A stretch of 64,000 nt of DNA from Rebecca billardiae RCC1528 (Eukaryota > Protista > Haptophyta): NCBI GenBank assembly GCA_965240325.2, contig OZ251225.1, positions 930,001-994,000 on the forward strand, given 5' to 3'. The notes beneath the pieces are model-generated. The model saw only the letters and a program-made list of their open reading frames with translations. It did not search any database and had not been told where the DNA came from. The position numbers and the translations under genes were made by a program. Each line of letters starts with the position of its first letter. Positions within the stretch are counted from its first letter, which is position 1. This document shows, one piece after another, positions 22,896 through 33,918 of this stretch.

Positions 22896-23538
22896 GCTTG
22901 GAGGAGGGCGGCTGCGGCTTGGCTCCGAGGAGTTCAAGAGTCGACAAAGAGTCCCACCGCGCGCGCGCGGGCGGCTGCCGAGCACCGCCGGCCGTTTGGC
23001 GCTTTTTAATTGTTGGCACTTTCAGCATCCCGAGTTTTCCTCCGCCGCTCGGGAGCCAGCCTGGCGCGGCGATTTTTTTCCAACAGTGGGCTCCTTCTCA
23101 AGCGATGATGCCTTCTCAAAACTGAAATCTCCATAAGAGCTCGCCCGGGACTTGGGGAGGGGGTAGGAGAGGACCAAAACATGATTATGGGCAAATTGAC
23201 GCGTTCGCTGTTCGCAGGCTGTCCTTGGACTCCCAACGAATATGGCGGTCGTACTTGTCCGTAGTGTGGAGCCGGACAGATGCGCGGCCCCAAGCAAGAT
23301 TCCAACGGGGCAGGCCCTGATCAAGACCTTGACGGTTGCACTTACAGCCTGAGACGACTATGTATTTCGCTCCGCATATATGATGTGGGTAAGTCGCATC
23401 TTGACGACCTTTCGGCCTTTTCGCTCGGAGGCGATTCACCCGCGCGGCACTCGCCTGCGCAGTGAGCGTCTGTGTGGATCACCGCGACGGTCGACGCGCC
23501 GTCCGCCGGCCACCTTCCGCACCTGGGCGAAGGACAAC

Positions 23539-24501
23539 ATGACGCGTAGCTTCAGCGGCAAGTCCTTTCCGGCGGGCACGACGGCCGACGACATCAAGGC
23601 GCTCGATGCCTTCCTTGCCAAGGCGAGCGACGCCCGTCCGGTCGACTACCCGAGGGCGCTGCGCTTCCTGCGGAGCCGCAGCCTGGACGTGCAGGAGGCG
23701 CTCAAGCTCTGGCAGGGCGACCAGCGCTGGCGGCAGGACGAAGCGATCGACGGCATCATCGACGAGGCGGGCCCCCCGCCGAAGATCGACGCGCTGCTCG
23801 ACAAGCTCTACGAGCCCATCATCCTCCCGGGCCGCTCGCGCTCCGGGCAGGTCGTCATGTACCGCCAGGTCGGCACGATCGACGTCGAGAAGCTGCGCAC
23901 AGTGCCGGACGCGAAGCTGAGGCATCTCATCCGGCGCCACGTGCGCGAGATGGAGCGCCTGCGCCTCACGATGGAGGCGGACACAGTCGGTGTTGGCCCG
24001 CTCGGCGGCCACCTCACCGTCCTCGACCTGGCAAACACGTCGCTGCCCAAATTCCTCAACGGGCGGCAATTCTGGCAAGAAGTGGGTGGCATCGACCAGA
24101 ACCACTTCGGCGAGATGCTGGGCTGCATGCTGCTCATCAACCCGCCGCCCCTGACCAAATTCGCCATCGACACCGTGAAGGCGTTCATCGACCCCACCAC
24201 TGCCGAGAAGATCGTCGTGCGCTCGGGGGACCCTCGCTCCTTCATGCACGAGTACGTCGACGCTGAGCACCTGCCCGAGCACCTTAGGCCCAAGGATAGC
24301 CCGCCTTCGCCGCCCGGGCTCGCGCGGACGCGCTCGGAGGGCAGCAAGCCGAAGGCATCGCCGCTGCGCTCGTTCCCGCGCCCGCCTTCCCTCGGCCGCT
24401 TTGAGTCAGAGGGCAGCAAGCCCAGGTCGGCTTTGCCCTCGTTCCCACGGCCGCCATCCCTTGGCCGCTTCCGCTCGGCGGCGCCCGCCGAGCGCGTGTG
24501 A
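23539..24501 (+). CDS. Sec14/CRAL-TRIO lipid-binding protein
   Basis: LRFLRSRSLDVQEA..WR, GRSRSGQVVMYRQVG, LTVLDLAN, DQNHFGEMLGCMLLINPP, KAFIDPTTAEKI, YVDAEHLPEHL. Confidence 0.88.
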   Translation: MTRSFSGKSFPAGTTADDIKALDAFLAKASDARPVDYPRALRFLRSRSLDVQEALKLWQGDQRWRQDEAIDGIIDEAGPPPKIDALLDKLYEPIILPGRSRSGQVVMYRQVGTIDVEKLRTVPDAKLRHLIRRHVREMERLRLTMEADTVGVGPLGGHLTVLDLANTSLPKFLNGRQFWQEVGGIDQNHFGEMLGCMLLINPPPLTKFAIDTVKAFIDPTTAEKIVVRSGDPRSFMHEYVDAEHLPEHLRPKDSPPSPPGLARTRSEGSKPKASPLRSFPRPPSLGRFESEGSKPRSALPSFPRPPSLGRFRSAAPAERV

Positions 24502-24970
24502 GCTGGAAGGCGGGGCAGAGCCGGAAACCTCGCGCGTCTGAGAGGGGACACGCCGCGGCGCAGGCATCTCTCTTGTGCTCGACCCGACGTCCGTGCACCC
24601 GTAGGCTTCTCGCCCCAGCTAGGCCAGACCCCTGGCAGGCGACACAAGCCTTAGCCGACATATACATATATACATATATACATATAGCTATTATTAAATT
24701 GTTACAGTCATCCGCGGACGACGCCCGCCAACCGCGCGGCGAACCCGCAACGGCGGCAAGCGTCAAATCAGATAATATTATATTGCTACTAAGTCGTCGT
24801 AACTCGTATTCCGTAGCGGCACTTGGGCTTGGCCCAAGGCCAAGCGGACCCAAGGTCCGCCTGCTGAGCCTGAGCCTGAGGCCTCCCTGGCTCAGTGACT
24901 GAGATATAGTCGATCTCGTCTGAATAGCCGATATATATATATGATGATCAGAATCGTACGTGACGGTTCA

Positions 24971-26617
24971 TCATTCGGAGCGCGGGCCCGCCGTAGGCGT
25001 TGCTGGCGGACTTGCCCTGCCTCCTGACGAGACGAATGCCATGATTGCGTACGAGCCGACGGCGAGCACATACATGGCGAGAAGGGCGAACCCCTTGGCG
25101 CGCGTGAGCACCGCCTTGTCTCGTCGGCGGATCAGCGCGACGCCGAGGAGCGCGGAGAAGAGCGCGGCCACGTTGAGCGCCTGCAGTGCACCCATCCGGT
25201 GGATGTCGCTCACGTGCACAATCTCGATGGGCTGGCCAGCCGTGTTCGAGATGGCCCAAGGCATGCCCAGCCCGACGAGGATGTTGATGATCTGCGAGCC
25301 GAACGAGTTGGAGACGGCCATCGAGCCGTATCCCCTCCGCGCGACCGTGACGGACTGGATGGTATCCGGCACCTCCGCGCCGATCGCGATGATGGCGAGG
25401 CCGAGGAACGAGCGCGGCACGCCCGACAGCTCGCCCCAGTGGCTCACCACGGCTGCGATGACCATCGAGAAGGCCGAGACCCACACAAAGGACATGGCGA
25501 AGGTGAGCGGGTACCACGCGGCGTGCGGGCCGTCGTGCGAGCACTCGGGGCACGTCCAGGCGAAGAGCGCGTCCAGGGGCTTGGCCAGCGTCTCCACCAG
25601 CTCGCCGAGCCGCGCTCCGCTCGCGCACTCACCGATCGACGCGAGCGCGGCCGCAGGGCCACCGCTGCCAGCCGAGCCGCGGCTCCGGCCGCCGCTGTCC
25701 TGTGTCGAGCCTCCACCTCCGTAGGACGAGTCGAGCTCGAGCGGGAACGCGACCGTCCACGTCGAGCCGTCGCTCTCGTCCGCATGCGCCATCTCCAGCG
25801 GCGAGGCCTCCAGTGGGAGGCTGTCCCACTCGACGCCCTCGATGGCGGATTCGCCGCCCTCGGCCGCGCCGGCCGCCACCGGGACGCTGTGCACCGCGCC
25901 CGTCGCCCAGTCAGCCGACGCGAGCGATGGCGTGGGCAGCCCGCCAGGCGCGTTGTGCTCGTCCACGGGCGGCAACGGCTCGGCATTGGGCGACGGCGGC
26001 GCCGCACCGTGCACGAAAGACGCCCGAGGCCGCGGCGCGAGCCCGAGCACGCGCATGCGATACAGCGTGCGCACGTGCGACGAGGAGACGACCACGGCCA
26101 TGTAGACTGCGTAGAGCGCGAGCATGAAGTACGCCTCCGCAATGTGGATGACGCCGTCGCTCACGAAGGCGAGGAGGCATAGCAGGCTGGTCGCGTAGAA
26201 GAGCAGGTCGCGCAGCAGCGGCCGCCGCTTCAGGTGCAGCGCCTCGTCGCTGCAGAGCGCACACGCGCCTGGGATGAGGGTGAAGGCGATCATGCCGGAG
26301 CCGATGATGGCGCCGATGCCGAGCGCGGTCTCCTCGGCGGAGTCGCCGTCGGAGGTGACGGCTTTGATCGTGCTGATCGCGTTCACGATGATCTCCGGCG
26401 CCGCGCTCCCGAATGCCATGAACGATGCGCCCGCCACGTCCTCACGCACGTGCAGCCGCACGCACAGCGTCTCGAGGGAGGTGACGAGGTAGTTGTCGGC
26501 GACGCGCGCGAGGCCGAGGAATGTGTAGAGCAGGACAATGAGCTCGAAGGGCACGGCCCACCAATAGCCGTCGAGCGCGTCGAGGCAGAGGTTCTCCAGC
26601 CCCGCCTCGCACCGCAT
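24971..26617 (-). CDS. K+-dependent Na+/Ca2+ exchanger (NCKX/SLC24 family)
   Basis: Alpha-1 repeat EDVAGASFMAFGSAAPE..GIGAIIGSG and alpha-2 repeat GLAIIAIGAEVPD..GYGSMAVSNSFGSQIINILVGLGMPW. Two TM clusters around a large loop. Start inferred at MRCEAG. Confidence 0.92.
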   Translation of the reverse strand: MRCEAGLENLCLDALDGYWWAVPFELIVLLYTFLGLARVADNYLVTSLETLCVRLHVREDVAGASFMAFGSAAPEIIVNAISTIKAVTSDGDSAEETALGIGAIIGSGMIAFTLIPGACALCSDEALHLKRRPLLRDLLFYATSLLCLLAFVSDGVIHIAEAYFMLALYAVYMAVVVSSSHVRTLYRMRVLGLAPRPRASFVHGAAPPSPNAEPLPPVDEHNAPGGLPTPSLASADWATGAVHSVPVAAGAAEGGESAIEGVEWDSLPLEASPLEMAHADESDGSTWTVAFPLELDSSYGGGGSTQDSGGRSRGSAGSGGPAAALASIGECASGARLGELVETLAKPLDALFAWTCPECSHDGPHAAWYPLTFAMSFVWVSAFSMVIAAVVSHWGELSGVPRSFLGLAIIAIGAEVPDTIQSVTVARRGYGSMAVSNSFGSQIINILVGLGMPWAISNTAGQPIEIVHVSDIHRMGALQALNVAALFSALLGVALIRRRDKAVLTRAKGFALLAMYVLAVGSYAIMAFVSSGGRASPPATPTAGPRSE

Positions 26618-26801
26618 GGCGCCAGGCAGCTGCCGGGCGTGGCAGGCGTGGAGACAGCCAGAACTCCAAAGCGACAAGCCCCTGCCGGGAGCCGGACCAT
26701 TGTCAGATACAGTATTTCGGCGACGCCGCCTCCATGGCGGCCCGATGTCTGTATGAAGGCGCCGCGCCCGCGCGGTCACGCATCGTTGGCGCCGCCACAG
26801 T

Positions 26802-29800
26802 CTAGGCGCTCGCGGGCGAGCACAGGCAGTCTTCGTATCCCCAGCCGCGGATGATCGACCCGAACTGGCGCTGCACGCGCGCCCACACGCCGCTGGTGTC
26901 CCGCGCCGCCTCGTCGCACCACGCGCCCTGTGAGCGCAGCTCGTCGGCGAGCGGCTGGAGCTCCTCCGCGTCGAGCGGGCTCGTCTCACCCGTCGCGTTT
27001 AGCGTGAGTGCCATCAGCTTGTGCGCCGCCGTCTCGAACGCCTTGGCCACATCAAAGTGCGCGACTGTCTGCGGGAAGAGCCATTTCGAAATGCGATGGA
27101 ACGCGACCTTGTAGTTGGACGCGACGTCCTCGTACCGCACGAAGAGCACGCGCTCGTCAGACGCGGCGTACACCTCGTGCGCCGCGCGCAGCACGCAGCC
27201 GCCCACGTGCTCCGCCTCGAACGACACTGCGTCGCCCATGTCTGCGCGTGCGCGCGCCGCCTCCAGATACGATCTCGGCCGTGCGCGCTCGGAGCTCCCG
27301 GCCGCGAGATCGAATCGCGTGCCGCCCGGCTGCGTCAGCCACGGCGGGAGCGTGCGCGAGACGCCGTGGGCGCTCGTCGCGATGGGTGGCGTGCCCGTGC
27401 GCTCGGCGGCCTCACGGATCGCGACGGACGAGGCGATCCAGGGCAGGCCACCGAAGAGCGTGTCCGCCGCAGGGCCGCTGCGCCCAGGCCCACGTTCGGG
27501 CCCTTCCCCCGCTCGCGCTCGCCTGGGCACGGCGTCGAGCTCGTCGGCGGCGCTCACGCCGCGCGCGCGGCGCGGCTCGAGCCACGGCGGGACCGTGTCC
27601 CACGGCGCCTGGCGCACGGGGCTGCGGTGCGCACGCGCGGCGGACAGCAGCACGTCGCGCGGGTCGCGCACGAGCGAGAGCGCGCGGTAGTCAAAGTGCT
27701 CGCCAATGCGGTGCAGGTCGGCGGCAGTCGGCGAGAAGACGACGGCGAGGAAGAGCGGCGGCGCCGCGGACGCGGGCTGCTCGTCGTCGCGGTCGGGCGA
27801 CGAGGAGGCGGGGTCGCTGCCACCGGCACTGCTGCTCCCTGCATCCCTGCCATCTGCCGCAGCCGGTGCCGCCGCCGCCGCCTTGGCCGCCGCCTGCTTG
27901 GCGTGTGCCGCGGCCGCGAGCAGAGTGCTCCTGGCCGCGCCATCGAAGCAGACCGACTCGCTGAGCGAGCGGCCGAATGTGGCGAAGCACGGGTGCGCCT
28001 CTGCGAAGCCGCCCTCGCACAGGATCGGCTCTGGCTTGACGAACGCCGCCTCTCCCGTCTCGCCCGCACCGCGCCGTTTCTGCCGGCGTAACGACTTGAC
28101 CCACGCCTTGTGTATCTCCCGCTTGAGATCGGTCGCCACAAAGCGGAGAAGCTGCCGCAGCCAGAAGGCGCCCATGCGGTGGTACGCGAGGACGAGGACG
28201 AGGCGCGGCTTGGGAGACGCGGCGGGCTCCGCGGTCGCGTCTCCCACGCCGCCTGCCGCGCCCGCCTCCGCACTCAGATCGAAGCCGGTCACCGCGATCG
28301 GCGCGAGCCGTGCGAGCGGATTGGCGGGCCACCACTGCGCGGCAGCCGCCTCTGGCACGCGCTCGGCCGCGCCACGCGCAGTCGGCCGCACCCACTCGAG
28401 GCTGGCGAGGACGGCGGTGAGCGGCTGGATGAGCACGCGCGACGTGCGATCCTGGTACCCGTACCCCAGCGCGACGCTCGTCCGCGACGCGTCCGCCCAG
28501 TGCAGCGCCGTCGCGTAGGTGACACACTGGAAGCCCGTGAGCAGCTTGCACGCGAGCGGCACTGCCGCCAGCTCGATCGGCCGCCGACCCACCGCGAGCA
28601 CGTCGTACGGCGGGCACGCCGAGGTGACGTAGAAGTAGGCGGCGTACGAGTTGTGCACGTAGTCCTTGACCGCGAAGACGCCGAGCATGCGCCAGCCCTC
28701 GCACGCCTGCGCGCGTGCACGCGGCGCCCGCTGCGCCGCGCCTGCGCCCTCGCCCGGCTGAGGGGGCCACGGCACCGGGAGCGTGTTTGTCCCGAGGTGC
28801 ACTCCAAACACGCAGCCCTTGCGGGCGTCCTTCGCGTGCGCGAAGGTGGTCGCCGTGTCGTGTGCCGCGCTCGACGCGCACGCCTGCTCGACCGGCTCGA
28901 AGATCACTCGCGTGTCCGTGCGCGCCACCTCCACACAGCCGCTGCGCGCCCCGGGCGCAGCGCGCCTCGCCTTGGCCGTCGAGCAGTTGAGGACGACGTG
29001 CGGCCAGATCGAATAGGTGAGGAGCACCCAGCTGGGGACCGGACCCGCCGCGGGCTGCGGCGCGACCGCCGGGCCGCTCGGCGCGTCGGCGAACGAGGAG
29101 CGCGCGCTGCCTTCGCGCGCGTGCCACGGCGGGAACTGATGCCACGGCGCCCAGTTCTTTTCGTTCCGGCCGCGCTCGCGGCCCTCGGCGGACGAGTCCG
29201 CGCGGAGGGCCGAGGCTTCGTCGGCATCGTCGGCCTCTGGGTCTGCCCGCGCCAGCCGGCGCTGGCGGGAGTGCTCGCTGGCGTTGCCGCCCTCCCCCCG
29301 CTCGGCAGCGTCGCCCCGCCCCCCGCGCGCGCCGCGCCCGTCGCGCCCTGCGCCGCCGCCGCCGCCTCGCGCGTGCGGCCGCAGCCGCAGCTCCTCGTGC
29401 GTGCCCGGCAGGAGCGTCTGCAGGTACATGCGCCTGTGCCGGTGGTACACGGCGATGAGGTGGCCGCCGATGGTGACCACGCGCGCGTCCTCGTTGCGCA
29501 TGCCGTGCTGGCAGCACTCGGGGTACCGGTGGTGTCGCGAGAGGCACAGCTCGCGCACGCGCCCCTTGGGCGACCGCCCTTGGTGCTCGTCCGGCCGTGC
29601 GCGCCACAGGCCTCTGCGCACGGCGAGCGCGCTGACATTCACGCCATGCGTGAAGAGGACGACGGGGCTGGCCTGCTGGAGCTCACGCGTCAGCACCCAC
29701 AGCGCAAAACGCGGATCCCGGCACTGCACCCCGCCGCCGTGTGCGCAGGCCGCACCCCGGGAAGCTTGTCAGCTGGTGGGACTGCGCCGGCCGCGTGCGC

Positions 29801-30185
29801 CAACACCATGCGCGCGCGTCGCACGCGCGTGCGCGCACACCGTGTCGTGCGGCGGCCCTCCGCTCCGGGCGAGGGCCAGCAGCATACCACTATACCAGAA
29901 GACGCTCGGGTTGTACACCTGCACGTCGCGCTCCGTGAGGTGGCGCCAGCTGCTCTCCGCGTGCGCAGACACGCCCAGGTTGAGCGGCACTGGCTCACGA
30001 CACATGAGGGCGAAGGAGGTGCCCGTCTCCGAGCGCGGGCCGACGGTCGGCGTGATGTCATAGTCGCCGGGCGAAAGAGGGCTGCCTCGTACTGGGCATG
30101 CCCAGCGCCCCAGCGCGAGGTAGAGCCACGCCCCTGAAAGGAGGACTCGCACGGGCTCCGGTGCGGCAGCCATCGTGGACGACAT
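26802..30185 (-). CDS. Secretory protein: five-bladed beta-propeller (GH130/GT91-like) fused to a sulfotransferase-like domain; intron 29724-29840
   Basis: YNPSV, EDARV, EKNWAPW, LLTYSIWPHVVL and LGYGYQD propeller motifs, followed by AYHRMG, VRDPRDVLLS and LFVRYEDV sulfotransferase-type motifs. Hydrophobic N-terminus. In-frame phase-0 splice. Confidence 0.65.
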
Positions 30186-30253
30186 TCGCTGCCAACGGGC
30201 GGCCGTCGCCGGCTCGCCGCTGAGTGAGATCGATCGATGTCTTCGACCGGGCG

Positions 30254-31135
30254 ATGAGCGTCGACGAGAGCCTGCTCGACGCGCTCGAGGGCGAGCTATT
30301 GACGGTGCATGACGTGCACCGCGTGATCGCGCGCGAGCCAGACCCGAGCCTGACGTTCGAGTGCCTGTTCTCGCTGCTCGCGAGCCGCACCACTTCGCGC
30401 GTGCGGCGCACCATTCACACGGTGGCACAGGAGCACGAACGAATTGCGTCCGCCAATGCCGAGCGTCGGCTGCTGGTGCGCATGCGCCGGGGCGAGTCGC
30501 TGAGCGAGATAGCGCGCGAATATAAGCTCCCTGCGACAGAGCTGGTGCGTAAGCTTGTGCTCCCCGAGCTCTGCAGGGAGAAGAAGCTCTACCTGCCGCG
30601 CACGCAGCTACGGCCGGGTGAGAAGCCGCGGCTGGTGCGCGAGGGCGAGAAGGTGAAGCTGAAGGAGGTGGTGCACGAGCCGCGCAGCATCGTAGACGAT
30701 ACGATCCGGCAGCACGTGCTCGACGCCGTCGACGCCGACCGGCTCAACTCGCCCGCGTCCGACGAGGCGCGCCGACTGATCGGCCTCGAGTATGAACACG
30801 TGCTGATGCGCAAGCTGGTGGCGGCGGGCGTGCCCTTCCACACCGAGTCGCAGCTCAAGGCGCAGCACGCTGCGAAGACGCCTGACTTTGAGCTGCCGAT
30901 CCCCATCGAAGTCGACGGGCGCATCGTCAACTGGATCGACTCGAAGGGCACCTTTGCCGACCCGGCAGTGCACGCGGAGTGCATCGACCAGTACCGCGCG
31001 TACGTCAACCGGCTCGGTCCGGGCATGGTGATCTACTGGTGCGGGTATTCAAGTGGGCTGCCCGAGGACGACGACGTGGTCGTGGTGGACAACTTCCCCG
31101 CGCGAGTCGTGACCGCGCGCGCGGCGGGCGTGTGA
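30254..31135 (+). CDS. CDIN1: CDAN1-interacting nuclease 1 (C15orf41, TPD domain) homologue
   Basis: GLEYEHVL..FHTESQLK..KTPDF..NWIDSKGTF..YVNRLGPGMVIYW. Confidence 0.85.
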   Translation: MSVDESLLDALEGELLTVHDVHRVIAREPDPSLTFECLFSLLASRTTSRVRRTIHTVAQEHERIASANAERRLLVRMRRGESLSEIAREYKLPATELVRKLVLPELCREKKLYLPRTQLRPGEKPRLVREGEKVKLKEVVHEPRSIVDDTIRQHVLDAVDADRLNSPASDEARRLIGLEYEHVLMRKLVAAGVPFHTESQLKAQHAAKTPDFELPIPIEVDGRIVNWIDSKGTFADPAVHAECIDQYRAYVNRLGPGMVIYWCGYSSGLPEDDDVVVVDNFPARVVTARAAGV

Positions 31136-31402
31136 GTTCTGTGCCGACCGAGGGGGGGGGGAGTGGTTTCGGTACCAAGGCTCCCGGCTCCCAGGCTCGC
31201 CCGACCCTGGCCGAGATATGTACCCTGACCACTCTGCGCATGGGGGACCCAAGCTGCTCTGCGAGCGTGGTTCACCAAGCGCAGACCGACCGGCCAGTCG
31301 CTCACCATCACCTGCTTGCTTGATGTCCGGTCGTCTACGGCAACAGACGATGCTAACGCGATGATTTTTAAAATGAAATTTGATTCGTCACTGGAAATTG
31401 GT

Positions 31403-33444
31403 ATGTCGATTTCGGAATTGGACCTCGCCGCTCACAACGCGCGCCATCTGACGTCCGCGACGAAACGCGAGATGGAGGAGACGGCCCCGGAGGCGCGCAC
31501 GCGCGCCGAGCTGCGCGGGAGGCGCCTATCGTGGATCTCGGAGCTCCTGGCCATCCCTCGCTTCGACGAGACCGTCCAGTCCAACTACCACCCGTGGTAC
31601 ATGGTCGGCATGTTCCACTTCCGCCGCGCGCCACGCCTCGCTGACATCCGCAGCGACACGTTTCCACGCATCGCGCGCTTTCCTCGCTTCGCGATGGTGC
31701 TGCGAGAAGGTGAGCGCAACGAGTACGTTACGGAGCCCGTAGACCCTGCATCTATGGACGCGACGTATCACGTCCGCGCGCTCCAGCAAGAGCGGCCGTG
31801 GACACAGGACGATCTGAACGACTACGTGGGCTCGCTGGGCGATTCGTTGCAGCTCGAGAACAGCCGGCCGCTGTGGCAGCTGCGCCTCGTGGAGCGGCTG
31901 GAAGGGGGCGGCGCGGTGCTCATATGCGTGCTCGATCACACCATCGGCGATGGGGCCTACGCCATGACAGCGCTCCTCAGCGCGACCGATGCGGTGGACG
32001 GGCTGCCTGCCGTGCGCAAGCAGACCATGACGGCGCCGCCACGCCGGCGCATGCAGCGCAAGTTGGGCGCAGCCGAGTGGCTGGGCGTGCAAGGCACCGG
32101 GCTGGCGACGGTGTTTGCTCCGGGGCTGGTCAGTGACGGCCCGAGCCCGCTCAAACCCCCGTTCAACCTGCCCCCCTCCGCGCGCAAGCACGTGTCCACC
32201 TCGAGGCCAATCGCGCTCGACGCGGTGCGCACGCTGCGTCAGGCCGTGCGGCTGCCGGGGCTGCCAGAGAGAGCGGGGTCGCTCACGGTGCACGACGTAA
32301 TCGTCGCGGCGACGGCCGTGGCGCTGCACGAGTGCATCGCCGACGCCGGCGTCGAGCGGTACACCCCGCGCATCGGGTACACCTTCAGCTTGCGCCCGCC
32401 TGGATTCGACGCGCTGAGCGACGCGCGCGGCTCCGTCACGCTCGGGCACAAGTGCGCGCTGCCATCTGCCGCAGTGGCGCGCGGCCCGGCGGCGGGCGTG
32501 CTGCGGCACATGAAGCTCGAGCACGACCGGAGCAAGCAGAGCATCGACGGCTTCCTCTTCGACGGCCTTGGCGAGCGCATGTTCCCCGCGATGAAGGGGC
32601 TGCGAATGCACAGCACTATGCTGCATCTGCTCCACCAAGAGTGCGCGCCGCCGTGCGCTGCGCTCGGTGCACGGCGCAGCTGGTGCTGTGCGCGCGCACA
32701 GAGCTGCTGCCCTGGTCATCCGCTGCCACCAACGGCGGTGCGTGGGCGACAATCGAGCCCGCCCGCACGCACGCGGCAGGGTCGTCGCGCTGCCTGAGCC
32801 CCATGCCTGCACGACCCTCCCGCTGACGCAGCCCCCCTTGTGCAATCAGAGCCGGGGTGTGTGCGAGCTCACGTCCCTGCGCGCCCGCTGCTGCTGCACC
32901 TGTCTGCAACTGCAGCGGCGAGGACCACATGCTCCGCCTCAGCAATCTACCCGGGCCGCAGCAGCCGATCCGGCTCGCGGGCGAGCTGGTTGACTCCATC
33001 TACGTCCTCCCGATCTGCTACTACGGCATCTTTGTCACCGCGACCTCGTACAACGGACTGATCACGCTCACAGCCGCGGTCGACGATGGCTGCCATCCGA
33101 GTGCGCGCCAGTTGGCTGAGCGCTGGGCCCCCGCGTTCGACCAGCTCTTCGAGGAAGTGGTTGGGGTGCGCGCTGACTCGCTCTGCGCACGCTATCAAGG
33201 GAGTGTTGCCAAGGGAGTGCCGCCTGGCCAGCGCGCCCATGTCATAGCTCATCACGGATGCCCGCCCGCCGCCCATGCGAGCAGGCACCACCACCGGCTG
33301 TCGCTGCGAGCCCGACCGGTTCCATGCTCGCACATGCGGATGCTCAACACAGCGCTCCCAAGGGCTACGCGGTGGGCGCAGACAGCCCGGGGCGATGTGG
33401 CTGTCTTCCTCGGACTGGCGGCCAGCGACAGATCGAGCGCTTAG
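31403..33444 (+). CDS. Wax ester synthase/diacylglycerol acyltransferase (WS/DGAT); intron 32641-32915; start and last exon uncertain (possible donor at 33166)
   Basis: RPLWQLRLVE, catalytic-type DHTIGDG, and C-terminal SNLPGP..LAG..SYNG recovered in frame after splicing. Confidence 0.8.
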
Positions 33445-33614
33445 CTCCGACGACTCGATCGATATCATCACATCAGCAGCAGTAGCGACGTACCAACGCC
33501 GACGCCGACGAGCGGCAATAATATACGCGCCGCGCGCGCACGCGACTGACATATTTACTGCTGCTATCAGACGTCATCACTATGCTGTCTCATGCATGCA
33601 AAAATAATATATAT

Positions 33615-33666
33615 CTGCTACAGCTTGCTGACTCTGACGCCTGCCCGTTGCATACCACGTCGTTAA
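33615..33666 (+). mobile_element. About 50-bp 3'-end fragment of the CRE-like retrotransposon, within (TA)n
   Basis: Reverse complement of about 55875-55926. TA repeats on both sides. Confidence 0.85.
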
Positions 33667-33918
33667 TATATATATGATGACGAAAATAAATTGGAACTCG
33701 GTAGTCATCATGATCATCTCCGCCAGGCCGCCTGAAAAGCAGCGCCCTCCGTCCCTTTTTCTTATTGATAATCATCAGCAACTTATTCGAGATCATCGAT
33801 CTTTCTGAATAAACGTCGTGGTCGTGACTCGTGACAGTAGTGCCCGCGCTGCGGGCTCCGCCACGCTCACGCTGCGCGCTCCGCCCCATGCACCGCGCGG
33901 GCCATTATTAGGCCGCCT

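Noticed and set aside
30254-31135. PD-(D/E)xK-like nuclease considered as a defence or mobile nuclease
   Set aside because: The motifs match the conserved eukaryotic housekeeping protein CDIN1/C15orf41.
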